Under the pieces are notes generated by a model. The model was given only the letters and a program-made list of their open reading frames with translations, made no database searches and was not told the origin of the DNA. A program made the position numbers and the translations under genes. Shown in pieces: positions 9,795-30,064 of a DNA stretch of 64,000 nucleotides. The DNA comes from Escherichia coli. GTDB lineage: Bacteria > Pseudomonadota > Gammaproteobacteria > Enterobacterales > Enterobacteriaceae. The stretch lies in assembly GCF_003991155.1 (NCBI RefSeq), contig NZ_CP031293.1; one strand, written 5' to 3'. Position 1 is the first letter of the stretch. Each line of letters opens with the position of its first letter.

Positions 9795-12700
9795 CTATAA
9801 ACGACCAAAAGAGACAATTTCCCCTGTATCTACCGCAACATCAATATATCTTCCGTTCTTTCTATATCTCCACACATTTTCAGTATAACCAGAAACTTTG
9901 GTTGGTTTTATTCTTCTCAAGTTCTCAGAAAAAACCTTAGCTTTATTTAGATATTGCTCTACCGTTTCTGCACCAACTTCACGACCATGTTTTCTGAAGT
10001 GCTCCAGTAATGACTCTGCCGGAGTATCCCAACTTCCTTTACTCCATAGTTTTTTACAATTTACTTCTTGCAGGAATGCAAATAATGCCGATAAACCTAA
10101 AGGGTCAATATAACTAAATGGGTTCTGTACATATGAATATGGATTTAATCCCCCAAGTAACCCAATGGGATCTGCCGAAATATACTGCGCCGTATCAGGA
10201 TCATAGTACCTGAACCGGTTATAGTACAGTCCTGATTCCGTATCTTCGTACTGCCCCGGAAAACGCAGGCGGCAGTCAGGCGCATCATCCTTGTTTCTGC
10301 CTTCTTCCCGGCCCCAAAGTTGCTGTTTTCCCCGCCAGACAATCGTGCCGTCTTCGGTCAGCAACTCCTGGACACGACCGACCGTATCCGTCACCGCGTA
10401 ATGCAGCAAGCCTTTCTCATAACGTGCCAGCGGTGTAAAACTTCCCGGTTCATATATCCAGCGAATGGCATTTTCATATTCTGGTTTGCCATCAGTACCA
10501 ACAGGAATTTCTTCGGTTAACTGATCGCCATTCCAGTGGAAATCCATTCCGGACTTATCACGGTTGGTACACCGTTTGCTGATGCGCCTGCCAAACGGGT
10601 CGTATTTATACTCCCAGCGTTCCCCCTCCGGCGTTTCAAGCCCGGTAAGCTGACTTCTGGCATCCCAGCGATAGCGCCATTCGAGCGGACGATAGCCGCC
10701 TTTATCGACCAGTTTCTCCACCAGGCGACCATTAGCATCGTACGTCCAGGTAATATTGTGCTCATTCACCACCCGGACAAATTTTCCCTCTTCCGGCTTT
10801 CCTGTGTCCGGGTTGATGCGGTGTGTCTGATGCCGCCAGCCTTTGTGCTCTCTGGAAACAACTCTTCCATGCCGCAACTGCTGGTGTGTCTCGCTTTCCA
10901 GCACCTCATTTACCCATGTCTGGCGGCGGGCAATATTCAGGTTTTTGTCATAAGTGAACAGTTCCTCACACAGCGGAAACTCCCGGGAATCGCCCGTCCA
11001 GGTGGCATGGCTTACCTGGTCGTTAACCGTCATATTGTTGAAGGCTGATCCCCGCAGCGAGTCTGATATTACCGTCAGGTTGTACGCCTTGTCATACAGC
11101 CACTGGCGCTCCAGGCTTTTGTTCCGTTCGTACGGCCCGGCCTGGTGGTCCCCGGCATTCTGCTTCGCTGGCATCCCTGTGCGCGTGTATGCCAGCGTCT
11201 GGTAAAACCCGGCCTCGCTCCGCCTGGACGTTTCCAGGCCGCGCAGGTCGTGCTCAAATGTCAGCGGGGCATGGTCCGCTATCTGCCAGGATGCCAGATG
11301 CCCCATCAGGTTTCGGGTAAAGCGTTCTGTGATACCTGCTGTGGTGCGCTGTGTGACCGTATCCAGGTCAGGGTCGTAACGGTATTCTGTGCGCCTGCCG
11401 TTCAGCGTTTCGGCAACAATCTGGTTTGCATCGTTATATTCAAATGTAACGGTGGCATCGTCATTCTTCGCTTCCACCAGACGACGCTGCGTGTCGTAAC
11501 GAAATGTGGTGACACTCAGAGTTCGGTCACTGTTGCCCTGTGTGACTTCCTCGTCCGTCACCTGGTCATTCACGTTGTAGCGGCGGTTAAGGTGAGTGCC
11601 GTCCGGGAAGCTGGTGCGAATACAACGCCCGACGGCATCGTAGGTGTAGTTCAGCGTGCGTCCGGTGAAGTCTGTTTCTGCTACAAGCTGCCCGGCTTTA
11701 TCATATTTAAGACGGTAGCGCTCGCCTTCGGCGTTGGTAATTTCGGTCAGGCGGGTCAGTTTATCGTAGCGACACGCCAGCCGCTCGCCGTCAGGACGCA
11801 CCAGAGCCGTGAGCAGATCGAATGCACCGTATTCGTAACGGGTGGTTTTGCCCTCGCCATCGGTAAAGCTTTCCGGTAGCTTTTCGCTGTTCTGGCGCAT
11901 CAGTTCCCGCACGCCGTCCGGGCGCTGGATTTCTTCCACGCAGCCCTGTGGCCCGGCGTGGATTTTGCTGTGACGAAACTGCGTGGTGAAGCCAAGTGGG
12001 TCTTTCACACTTAACAGTCGGCCCAGCATATCCTGTTCGGTCTGCGTGATGCCGCCGTCTGGCGCAACAGTCTCGCGCACCTGATGCAGGGCGTCATGAC
12101 TCCAGCACCAGGTGGCCCCGCCCGGCAGAATCCGTGCAAGCAAATCACCCTGTTCACTGTAGCTGAACTGCTGTTTCCGGCCCTGAGGGTCGATCAGGCT
12201 GATTATGCTGCCCCGATCATCATAGACCCATTGCCACGCCTGATTATCAGTTGTCGACAGCCGGGTTAACTGACCGGTATCATTATACTCGTAGAACAGG
12301 CCATAGCCGCCCGGCAGGGCAACCTGGATAACCTCACCTTCCCGGTTATAGCGGTACGCCGTGGTACGCCCCAGCGCATCGGTGCGTGACTGAAGCCGGG
12401 CATTATTCCAGACGGTAATTTCTTCCCGCCCCAGCGGATCGATACAGCGGGTGACCAGGCCGTCCTCGTTATACCAGTAACGGGTTTCGCCCCCTTCTGC
12501 ATCCAGGTAGGTGGTGCATTTTTCATCATCGTTATAGATAAAGCGGTCATCGAAGTAGCCTTCCGTTGACAGTGTGCTGACAGCGCGCCCCTGCGGATCA
12601 TAGCGGATATCCACACAGGTTTTGTCCGTATCCCGCCAGCGGGTCATAAAGCCTTCTGATGTGTACTCATGCCATAAATGCGAGAACTGGAAGGTATCGC

Positions 12701-13883
12701 ATTCTGCCATAAAACCATTGTCATCATACTGGCAGGTCACAAGACGCTGACGCTGCGGCGTTGCCAGGTCAATGCTCATCAGCTGAGCCTGTTGCCAGGC
12801 AAGGGCGAGCATATAGCCATCGCTGTGACGGATTTCTGTCAGCAGACCATCAGTGCGGATAAAATCAATCCGGTTGCCATAATTATCGAAGACAGCGGAC
12901 AACCGCCAGACGCCATTGCCTGCCGGGGAAAAGAGCTGTGTCTGCTGCGAACGGCGATCGAAAACGCTCACGCCATCGCGCAGGCTTCCCGTCAGCCGGT
13001 AGTACGCCTGGCGTGAGTTCACTGCACCGCGAAAGATACCGTCCTGCGGCAGGCGGTAATACAGTACAACGCCTTCACTGTCGGTAAAATGCAGCCGGTT
13101 ACCCTGTATCGTCAGCGACGCTGACCACTCATCGGTCCATTTCGGGCCGAAAATCCCGGTCCCCCTGGCCTGTGAGCGGTAAAAACGCGAGAGCGTCAGC
13201 GGCAGGGAACCCGGCAGCGAAAGCACGCTGAAATGCTGGAGAAAATCGCCGGTGCCAATATCCACAGGCTCACCGGGTTTGGTGCACAACTGAGCACCAA
13301 CACATTTACTCTGATCACCAGTTCCCTCGGTTTCACCTTTAATATTTGCGCCATCCTGGCCTTCGGGTATGACATCATCCGCCAACTTTTCTGCGTCACT
13401 GACAACATCGTCTGCTTTGTTTACCTTCAGCAGATCGGCGGTGAATTTCCCCGCCGCTGCTTCTTCTCGTGCCAGTTTACTGGCAGTCCGCATCGCTCTA
13501 AGACCCACGAACCCGCCTCGGGCCAGACCATATCCTCCCAGCGCCAGCGAGCCATGGTCATAAATCATGCCGCCAATTTCCTGGTTCCTGTTGCTCATTT
13601 CCAGACGGTACATGTCCAGATTGAAATCTCCCGCATGCTCCCGGAGATCTCCGCCCATGTTGTACATATCCTCGCCAATATCATCCATGCCCATCGCAGA
13701 AAGCATGGCGCCGTTCATCTGCATTTCTCCGGCATACTGCATGGTGGCCCCCTGGCCTATCATCGTCGCCATATCCGGGAACTGGTTCCAGAATGCTTTG
13801 GCAGCACCAATAGCCAAATCAAGCTGGACTGCCGAAGCTTCAATTTTCGCCCGACTTTCATCCATCTGGATCATCAACATCAT
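9795..13883 (-). CDS. Rhs-family YD-repeat toxin (core plus variable C-terminal toxin domain); frame open upstream to the IS boundary at 13994
   Basis: 1362-aa ORF with many YD repeats (YRYDxxGRL, YxYDxxGxL), the core-terminating ...RYYDPDTAQYISADPIGLLGGLNPYSYVQNPFSYIDPLGL motif, then a ~95-aa unrelated tip. N-terminus is not the canonical E. coli Rhs MSGKPAARQGD start and is Gly/Ala/Met-rich. Confidence 0.9.
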   Translation of the reverse strand: MMLMIQMDESRAKIEASAVQLDLAIGAAKAFWNQFPDMATMIGQGATMQYAGEMQMNGAMLSAMGMDDIGEDMYNMGGDLREHAGDFNLDMYRLEMSNRNQEIGGMIYDHGSLALGGYGLARGGFVGLRAMRTASKLAREEAAAGKFTADLLKVNKADDVVSDAEKLADDVIPEGQDGANIKGETEGTGDQSKCVGAQLCTKPGEPVDIGTGDFLQHFSVLSLPGSLPLTLSRFYRSQARGTGIFGPKWTDEWSASLTIQGNRLHFTDSEGVVLYYRLPQDGIFRGAVNSRQAYYRLTGSLRDGVSVFDRRSQQTQLFSPAGNGVWRLSAVFDNYGNRIDFIRTDGLLTEIRHSDGYMLALAWQQAQLMSIDLATPQRQRLVTCQYDDNGFMAECDTFQFSHLWHEYTSEGFMTRWRDTDKTCVDIRYDPQGRAVSTLSTEGYFDDRFIYNDDEKCTTYLDAEGGETRYWYNEDGLVTRCIDPLGREEITVWNNARLQSRTDALGRTTAYRYNREGEVIQVALPGGYGLFYEYNDTGQLTRLSTTDNQAWQWVYDDRGSIISLIDPQGRKQQFSYSEQGDLLARILPGGATWCWSHDALHQVRETVAPDGGITQTEQDMLGRLLSVKDPLGFTTQFRHSKIHAGPQGCVEEIQRPDGVRELMRQNSEKLPESFTDGEGKTTRYEYGAFDLLTALVRPDGERLACRYDKLTRLTEITNAEGERYRLKYDKAGQLVAETDFTGRTLNYTYDAVGRCIRTSFPDGTHLNRRYNVNDQVTDEEVTQGNSDRTLSVTTFRYDTQRRLVEAKNDDATVTFEYNDANQIVAETLNGRRTEYRYDPDLDTVTQRTTAGITERFTRNLMGHLASWQIADHAPLTFEHDLRGLETSRRSEAGFYQTLAYTRTGMPAKQNAGDHQAGPYERNKSLERQWLYDKAYNLTVISDSLRGSAFNNMTVNDQVSHATWTGDSREFPLCEELFTYDKNLNIARRQTWVNEVLESETHQQLRHGRVVSREHKGWRHQTHRINPDTGKPEEGKFVRVVNEHNITWTYDANGRLVEKLVDKGGYRPLEWRYRWDARSQLTGLETPEGERWEYKYDPFGRRISKRCTNRDKSGMDFHWNGDQLTEEIPVGTDGKPEYENAIRWIYEPGSFTPLARYEKGLLHYAVTDTVGRVQELLTEDGTIVWRGKQQLWGREEGRNKDDAPDCRLRFPGQYEDTESGLYYNRFRYYDPDTAQYISADPIGLLGGLNPYSYVQNPFSYIDPLGLSALFAFLQEVNCKKLWSKGSWDTPAESLLEHFRKHGREVGAETVEQYLNKAKVFSENLRRIKPTKVSGYTENVWRYRKNGRYIDVAVDTGEIVSFGRL

Positions 13884-13992
13884 GTCCCAGATACTTTGCT
13901 CTTCTTTTGTTTCTGGCTCTGGCGCAGGGTCAGCTTCGCTGGCGGAAATAGCGGCTTCAGGGGGCTGACCGATAATTAAACCCGTCGTATTA

Positions 13993-15244
<1,252 letters not shown>

Positions 15245-15252
15245 CCACTACA

Positions 15253-15453
15253 CATAGCAAGGGGAAAAGGTGGATGGGAGCCAACTAAGTTACAAAATTT
15301 TGATCCTGAATTTGGCAGAAAACTACAAGCAATAAATAACGCGTTAAGGAATGGACGGATAGAATTTGCTCATGCACAGGTTTTTTTACGCAATGATGGC
15401 TCTGTTAATGCTGCAGTAGGCATTGGTAGCGGAATACAGTGGAATACCTGGTA
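15253..15453 (+). pseudogene. C-terminal remnant of an unidentified gene truncated by IS3 copy 1
   Basis: Frame open from the IS boundary: ...KLQNFDPEFGRKLQAINNALRNGRIEFAHAQVFLRNDGSVNAAVGIGSGIQWNTW*, with no start codon. Confidence 0.45.
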
Positions 15454-15463
15454 ATAATAGTAT

Positions 15464-16426
15464 GTGTATATAACGAATAAAGGAGTCCATTTTATGGCAG
15501 CAAGCAAAACAAAAAACAGACTGGAAAAAATGCTTCCTCGCGTTTATAGCTGGGCACAGAGCGGCAGCCAATCAGTAACCGCCCCTGAGTTTAACTATAT
15601 GGAACAATATATTAATGGTCAATCTGAACTTTTCATGGCATTAATTCATTTATATGGACTTGGCATGAGTGAAGCTGCATTAAGCTTACTGGAAGCCAAA
15701 CAGTCTATGGCTTCTTCTGTTATCCATATGAGTTATGGATTCTCTCGAATGCTTCATTCTGATGGCATTAATATATTGAGTTTAAAAGAAAGCAAGGCAA
15801 CTATTACTTCAGGCTTGGATTTCGTCACACATAGTATGCTTGGAGCAATTGCGCTGGGTATGCCCGCTCTGACGAAAAAATTTCACCAGATTGTTTTTAC
15901 TGCTCTTGAGAAAGGGTATGGCATTGTAAATGCGCATGAAGATCCTGGCCCAGAAACTTTACGCTATGCTGCTATGGGACTTTCCATCATTAATGACTGG
16001 CTACAGATCCCCCTGGATTTAGATAAGCTGGGACTGCCACGCGATCCGGCCTGGGGGCTTCTGGTCAAACACTGGAATAACCCTGATCCCGTTAAATTAC
16101 AATCGGTTCTGTATGATGCCTGTGATATCCATATAGAACGTATCGCGTTAACAGAACGTGAAGTTTATACCGGTAACTTTGAATTTGGCTCTCCGTTTGA
16201 AGCCGTTCACCCAACAGAGATTCTGGCGGTATTGCGCCTGAGAGACATGCTGAATCTGCCCAATCCGACATTAGACCATCCGCTGATGAACACACCTTAT
16301 GCCCAAATCACCACCACTCCGGGCCAGGTCACTCAGCCGGACAGTCTGCTAGAAACCTTTCTGGCTAAGGCCCGTGAACGGGATCCAGAGGTCATGGCCG
16401 AATGGGATCGGGTTCAGGTGGATTAA
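15464..16426 (+). CDS. Hypothetical protein encoded upstream of a PAAR gene (possible T6SS effector-associated protein)
   Basis: 320-aa ORF; no recognisable catalytic motif; 27 nt upstream of the PAAR gene. Confidence 0.5.
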   Translation: MYITNKGVHFMAASKTKNRLEKMLPRVYSWAQSGSQSVTAPEFNYMEQYINGQSELFMALIHLYGLGMSEAALSLLEAKQSMASSVIHMSYGFSRMLHSDGINILSLKESKATITSGLDFVTHSMLGAIALGMPALTKKFHQIVFTALEKGYGIVNAHEDPGPETLRYAAMGLSIINDWLQIPLDLDKLGLPRDPAWGLLVKHWNNPDPVKLQSVLYDACDIHIERIALTEREVYTGNFEFGSPFEAVHPTEILAVLRLRDMLNLPNPTLDHPLMNTPYAQITTTPGQVTQPDSLLETFLAKARERDPEVMAEWDRVQVD

Positions 16427-16453
16427 TTTGGTACTGGATACAAAGGATAGATA

Positions 16454-16717
16454 ATGAAACCATTAATAACGCTTGGGGATAAAACATCTCATGGTGGTGT
16501 TGTAATTAGTGCCAGTGCAAATTTTTTGCATGAGGGACAGCCTGTCGCCTGTGATGGTGACCAGGTAACTTGTCCGATAGAAGGCCATGGGCCAGCAAAA
16601 ATCATAGCATCTGGACAGGGGTTTTCTATAAATGGGAAACAGGCTGCACATGATGGCGATAAAACAACCTGTGGGGCAACGCTGATAGCCAGTCATTTTA
16701 TTGTGCGTCATAAGTAA
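16454..16717 (+). CDS. PAAR-domain protein (type VI secretion spike tip)
   Basis: 87 aa: MKPLITLGDKTSHGGVVISASANFLHEGQPVACDGDQVTCPIEGHGPAKIIASGQGFSINGKQAAHDGDKTTCGATLIAS; three PAAR-like repeats (GD..HGG, CDGD...CP, HDGD..TCG). Confidence 0.8.
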   Translation: MKPLITLGDKTSHGGVVISASANFLHEGQPVACDGDQVTCPIEGHGPAKIIASGQGFSINGKQAAHDGDKTTCGATLIASHFIVRHK

Positions 16718-16841
16718 CTAATACCAAAATAACTCTATGATTAAAAAGGCTGATATATATGCTGGAAGTAGACAGACTACCGGAAACAGTACGACGGTGA
16801 CAGGGTGAACCAAAGGGTTAGGCGCATTTTAAAAAGGTGGT

Positions 16842-16928
16842 CATTCTGGTGGTCTTGACAAACTCGATTTTTTGTTTTAGCTTATCAATCAGCCTGTTAA
16901 AGGCTAAGGCGATCCCAGTCAGAGGAGC
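16842..16928 (+). repeat. att-like repeat copy B (island right end next to yeeJ)
   Basis: aaaaaggtggtcattctggtggtcttgacaaactcgattttttgttttagcttatcaatcagcctgttaaaggctaaggcgatcccagtcagaggagc; sits where asnT lies in recalled K-12 order (about 250 bp upstream of yeeJ). Confidence 0.75.
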
Positions 16929-17168
16929 AAAATTCTAAAAATTCGCTTTTTTAGCGCAATATCACTGACCTTAGTTGAGCATTGCTTTTTAATGGATAGC
17001 GGGTTTTTGACATCTTAAGCGCCCTCGACCTTTATGGTTGAGGGCGTTTTGCTATGAACGCCATCACCATTTTCCCCTCGATTATAAAACTTGAGTAATT
17101 CAGTAGTCTCCCCTCTTGCAACTCACACCCAAAACTGCTTAACGAAAAGTTATTAATTTTCAATCATA

Positions 17169-25223
<8,055 letters not shown>

Positions 25224-25483
25224 TTTTCCGCTATAATTTCTTAAAGAGTGCTCCATTCGGGGCACTCTTTTTTACATTCCCTCTACAGAACTTGCCCTTC
25301 TCTCACAGAAAATGAATAAATAAAAATGCGATACCGCCAGATTCGCGTTCGGTGTGACTATGGTTGTATCCGGTGAGTACAGCTTTGATCCAAAGGCTGG
25401 CTTCTGTGATGATTAACCAGCCTCAGGGTATTGATGACACCACCGTTCATAACAGATCGGCATTACTTTGCATACGTACTGCT

Positions 25484-26599
25484 TCATATTCTCGCCAAAA
25501 CACTTTTTAATGCCTTTGCGAATTCATCCAGACTTATATTGTCAATTTTTTGCCCAACGACGACTGACTCCGAAACATCGGCCATTGCTGGCCATCGCGT
25601 TTTGTAATCAGCATAAATTGCAACAACGGGGGTATTATAGGCACTTGCCATATGTAATATTGAGGTGTCAGGAGTTATTGCGATATAAGCATCTTTTATG
25701 ATTGCTGCTGAACGTTTAATCGAGGGTGATAAGGATAAACGGTAGACATTATTATAACAATCCACTAACACCCTGGCTTTTTCTTCCCCTTTTGGTCCAT
25801 GAACGATCACTATTGGTATATCTGTTTCACTTTGAATTTTTTCTATTATATTTTCTGCAATCGATAATAAAAATGTACGTTCCTGCGAGCTACCTTCTAA
25901 ATTAAGCGCAATGTAAGATCCTAACGATCGCATTTCCTCGCGCACCTCATCGAGTACATCCTTACTTAGTGGCAATTCATATATTGGCCTGACTGCTGGA
26001 AAACCCGCCTCACGCATCATAAATGCCCATGTCATGGGCACAGGAGCCCGGAGATTCTGATCCATCCGGGACGCGCTCTTACACAAAGGGGAATAGCACT
26101 TCATGGTTAAACCAACAACCTGAAAATTCGTTTTTGCTTTCAACTGACTGATAAATATCATCGTTTTCAGGTTCTTTTTACGCATCGCCTCTATACAAAG
26201 ATCCGGCGTACCGTATTGCTGTGTTATGTTCTTCGCTAAATCTTTTATTTCTTTTAATGTTGCGTGATCCTGCATAGTCATTGTGACTAATGTTAATTTA
26301 GTCTGTTCAAGTTTGAGCGCGTTAAAGACTTCTAAATTAATTGTCGACGTAACAATTAAAAGATGCTTAATTTTATGCAATTCAAGCGCCCTAATAACTG
26401 GAAAGATGGCCATAGCATCGCCAATCTGATCGGGAATATGGATAACAACAAACTCTGTTTTTTCAATATTGAAATTAAAAGCTTTATAATCGTAGTAACT
26501 AAATGCAATACGTCTCAACAATGATGCTAAAAACATAACTAACCCCGCTTCCCTACTGGTTATAATGCAATGCAGTTTATCAGACTCATCAGGGCGCAA
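25484..26599 (-). CDS. yeeL: Glycosyltransferase family 9 (heptosyltransferase-like)
   Basis: 371-aa ORF at the yeeL position downstream of yeeJ; appears uninterrupted here. Probable start at MFLASLLRR. Confidence 0.6.
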   Translation of the reverse strand: MRPDESDKLHCIITSREAGLVMFLASLLRRIAFSYYDYKAFNFNIEKTEFVVIHIPDQIGDAMAIFPVIRALELHKIKHLLIVTSTINLEVFNALKLEQTKLTLVTMTMQDHATLKEIKDLAKNITQQYGTPDLCIEAMRKKNLKTMIFISQLKAKTNFQVVGLTMKCYSPLCKSASRMDQNLRAPVPMTWAFMMREAGFPAVRPIYELPLSKDVLDEVREEMRSLGSYIALNLEGSSQERTFLLSIAENIIEKIQSETDIPIVIVHGPKGEEKARVLVDCYNNVYRLSLSPSIKRSAAIIKDAYIAITPDTSILHMASAYNTPVVAIYADYKTRWPAMADVSESVVVGQKIDNISLDEFAKALKSVLARI

Positions 26600-26850
26600 T
26601 TTTGTGCATATGCGGACTTTTATGTTTCATATCTCGAATCTGTGGATCCTCTGCTTAATCCTTAAACAACACCAGCAACTCCTGCGCTTTCATCTACCAT
26701 CGAATTTTTCATGTTGCCGTTAATCAGCCATAAAATCATTTGCAGATGCGCTCTGTCGAGGTAGTCTCATAAGGTTCGTTTATAGATCGACGGCAATGTG
26801 AGTTACCTTTTCCATACTAATTATAAAAAGACAGTACAAACAGGATCATT

Positions 26851-28167
26851 ATGGACTCCACGCTCATCTCCACTCGTCCCGATGAAGGGACGCTTTCGTT
26901 AAGTCGCGCCCGACGAGCTGCGTTAGGCAGTTTCGCTGGTGCCGTCGTCGACTGGTATGATTTTTTACTCTATGGCATTACCGCCGCACTGGTGTTTAAT
27001 CGCGAGTTTTTCCCGCAAGTAAGCCCGGCTATGGGAACGCTCGCCGCATTTGCCACCTTTGGTGTCGGATTCCTGTTCCGTCCGCTCGGCGGTGTCATTT
27101 TCGGTCACTTTGGCGACCGACTGGGACGTAAGCGCATGTTAATGCTGACCGTCTGGATGATGGGTATCGCGACAGCCTTGATTGGTATTCTTCCTTCATT
27201 CTCGACTATTGGGTGGTGGGCCCCCATTTTACTGGTGACGCTGCGTGCCATTCAGGGATTTGCCGTCGGCGGCGAATGGGGAGGCGCGGCGTTACTTTCC
27301 GTTGAAAGTGCACCGAAAAATAAAAAAGCCTTTTACAGTAGCGGTGTACAAGTTGGCTACGGAGTAGGTTTACTGCTTTCGACAGGACTGGTTTCATTGA
27401 TCAGTATGATGACGACTGACGAACAGTTTTTAAGCTGGGGCTGGCGGATTCCTTTCCTGTTTAGCATCGTACTGGTACTGGGGGCATTGTGGGTGCGTAA
27501 TGGCATGGAGGAGTCCGCGGAATTTGAACAACAGCAACATAATCAAGCGGCCGCGAAAAAACGCATCCCGGTTATCGAAGCACTATTACGACATCCCGGT
27601 GCTTTCCTGAAGATTATTGCGCTACGACTGTGCGAGTTGCTGACGATGTACATCGTTACCGCCTTTGCACTTAATTATTCAACCCAGAATATGGGGTTAC
27701 CGCGCGAACTTTTCCTTAATATTGGTTTGCTGGTCGGTGGATTAAGCTGCCTGACAATTCCCTGTTTTGCCTGGCTTGCCGATCGTTTTGGTCGCCGCAG
27801 GGTTTATATCACAGGCGCGTTGATCGGAACGTTGAGCGCATTTCCTTTCTTTATGGCGCTTGAAGCACAATCTATTTTCTGGATAGTTTTCTTCTCCATA
27901 ATGCTGGCAAACATTGCGCATGACATGGTGGTGTGCGTGCAACAACCGATGTTTACCGAAATGTTTGGTGCCAGTTATCGCTATAGTGGCGCTGGAGTCG
28001 GATATCAGGTTGCCAGTGTGGTTGGCGGTGGATTTACACCTTTTATTGCCGCTGCACTCATCACTTACTTTGCCGGGAACTGGCATAGCGTCGCTATTTA
28101 TTTGCTGGCTGGATGCCTGATTTCCGCAATGACCGCTTTGTTGATGAAAGACAATCAACGCGCTTAA
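26851..28167 (+). CDS. shiA: Shikimate transporter, MFS family
   Basis: 438-aa ORF with 12 predicted hydrophobic spans; MFS signature GHFGDRLGRKR; conserved position. Confidence 0.85.
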   Translation: MDSTLISTRPDEGTLSLSRARRAALGSFAGAVVDWYDFLLYGITAALVFNREFFPQVSPAMGTLAAFATFGVGFLFRPLGGVIFGHFGDRLGRKRMLMLTVWMMGIATALIGILPSFSTIGWWAPILLVTLRAIQGFAVGGEWGGAALLSVESAPKNKKAFYSSGVQVGYGVGLLLSTGLVSLISMMTTDEQFLSWGWRIPFLFSIVLVLGALWVRNGMEESAEFEQQQHNQAAAKKRIPVIEALLRHPGAFLKIIALRLCELLTMYIVTAFALNYSTQNMGLPRELFLNIGLLVGGLSCLTIPCFAWLADRFGRRRVYITGALIGTLSAFPFFMALEAQSIFWIVFFSIMLANIAHDMVVCVQQPMFTEMFGASYRYSGAGVGYQVASVVGGGFTPFIAAALITYFAGNWHSVAIYLLAGCLISAMTALLMKDNQRA

Positions 28168-28268
28168 TAGCCTGGCGAAGATCATCCGATCTTCGCCTTA
28201 CACTTTTGTTTCACATTCCTGTGACATACTATCGGAAGTGCGGTAATTGTATGGAACAGGAGACACAC

Positions 28269-29723
28269 ATGAATAATAAGGGCTCCGGTCTGACCCCAGC
28301 TCAGGCACTGGATAAACTCGACGCGCTGTATGAGCAATCTGTAGTCGCATTACGCAACGCCATTGGCAAATATATTAGAAGTGGCGAATTACCTGATGAA
28401 AACGCCCGCAAACAAGGTCTTTTTGTCTATCCATCACTGACCGTAACCTGGGACGGTAGCACAACCAATCCCCCCAAAACGCGCGCATTTGGTCGTTTTA
28501 CTCACGCAGGCAGCTACACCACCACGATTACTCGCCCTACTCTCTTTCGTTCGTATCTTAATGAACAACTTACGTTGCTGTATCAGGATTATGGTGCGCA
28601 TATCTCGGTGCAACCCTCGCAGCATGAAATCCCTTATCCTTATGTCATCGATGGCTCTGAATTGACACTTGATCGCTCAATGAGCGCTGGGTTAACTCGC
28701 TACTTCCCGACAACAGAACTGGCGCAAATTGGCGATGAAACTGCAGACGGCATTTATCATCCAACTGAATTCTCCCCGCTATCGCATTTTGATGCGCGCC
28801 GCGTCGATTTTTCCCTCGCGCGGTTGCGCCATTATACCGGTACGCCAGTTGAACATTTTCAGCCGTTCGTCTTGTTTACCAACTACACACGTTATGTGGA
28901 TGAATTCGTTCGTTGGGGATGCAGCCAGATCCTCGATCCTGATAGTCCCTACATTGCCCTTTCTTGTGCTGGCGGGAACTGGATCACCGCCGAAACCGAA
29001 GCGCCAGAAGAAGCCATTTCCGACCTTGCATGGAAAAAACACCAGATGCCAGCATGGCATTTAATTACCGCCGATGGTCAGGGTATTACTCTGGTGAATA
29101 TTGGCGTGGGACCGTCAAATGCTAAAACCATCTGCGATCATCTGGCGGTGCTACGCCCGGATGTCTGGTTGATGATTGGTCACTGTGGTGGCTTACGTGA
29201 AAGCCAGGCCATTGGAGATTATGTACTTGCACACGCTTATTTACGCGATGACCACGTTCTTGATGCGGTACTGCCGCCCGATATTCCTATTCCGAGCATT
29301 GCTGAAGTGCAACGTGCGCTTTATGACGCTACCAAGTTAGTCAGCGGCAGGCCCGGAGAGGAAGTTAAACAGAGGCTACGTACTGGCACTGTGGTAACCA
29401 CAGATGACAGGAACTGGGAATTACGTTACTCAGCTTCTGCACTTCGTTTTAACTTAAGCCGGGCCGTAGCAATTGATATGGAAAGTGCAACCATTGCCGC
29501 GCAAGGATATCGTTTCCGCGTGCCATACGGGACACTACTGTGTGTTTCAGATAAACCGTTGCATGGTGAGATTAAACTTCCCGGTCAGGCTAACCGTTTT
29601 TATGAAGGCGCTATTTCCGAACACCTGCAAATTGGCATTCGGGCGATCGATTTGCTGCGCGCAGAAGGCGACCGACTGCATTCACGTAAATTACGAACCT
29701 TTAATGAACCGCCGTTCCGGTAA
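28269..29723 (+). CDS. amn: AMP nucleosidase
   Basis: ORF 28113-29723; likely start at MNNKGSGLTPAQALDKLDALYEQSV (28269), giving about 484 aa. Confidence 0.85.
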   Translation: MNNKGSGLTPAQALDKLDALYEQSVVALRNAIGKYIRSGELPDENARKQGLFVYPSLTVTWDGSTTNPPKTRAFGRFTHAGSYTTTITRPTLFRSYLNEQLTLLYQDYGAHISVQPSQHEIPYPYVIDGSELTLDRSMSAGLTRYFPTTELAQIGDETADGIYHPTEFSPLSHFDARRVDFSLARLRHYTGTPVEHFQPFVLFTNYTRYVDEFVRWGCSQILDPDSPYIALSCAGGNWITAETEAPEEAISDLAWKKHQMPAWHLITADGQGITLVNIGVGPSNAKTICDHLAVLRPDVWLMIGHCGGLRESQAIGDYVLAHAYLRDDHVLDAVLPPDIPIPSIAEVQRALYDATKLVSGRPGEEVKQRLRTGTVVTTDDRNWELRYSASALRFNLSRAVAIDMESATIAAQGYRFRVPYGTLLCVSDKPLHGEIKLPGQANRFYEGAISEHLQIGIRAIDLLRAEGDRLHSRKLRTFNEPPFR

Positions 29724-29784
29724 TAAGTTCTGTTCCTTTTTATCAGGAATAGATGTGAAGGATTTAGTAAGTCATCCAGCAAAT

Positions 29785-29812
29785 AGCCTGCAATAAAGCA
29801 GGCTGTTTGCTT
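29785..29812 (+). terminator. Rho-independent terminator after amn
   Basis: agcctgcaataaagcaggct hairpin followed by gtttgctt. Confidence 0.5.
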
Positions 29813-30064
29813 CCTGGGGCGGATACGAGTTTTATTATAGCCTTAATGATTTCCATATATTAAAAGCAAGTATGCTTTCAAAACACAATTATAAAAAAAT
29901 CCGCCAACGACATTAGTTTTTATGAGATTAAATATAATATTATGGCTTTAGAATATTTTTATTTCTAATAGACGAGATTTTTCCTGTTATGATATAATAT
30001 GCCGAATTAACACATGTTAACGATTTACCAGTAATGTAAATAAATTTTCGAGGAGATCATTCCA

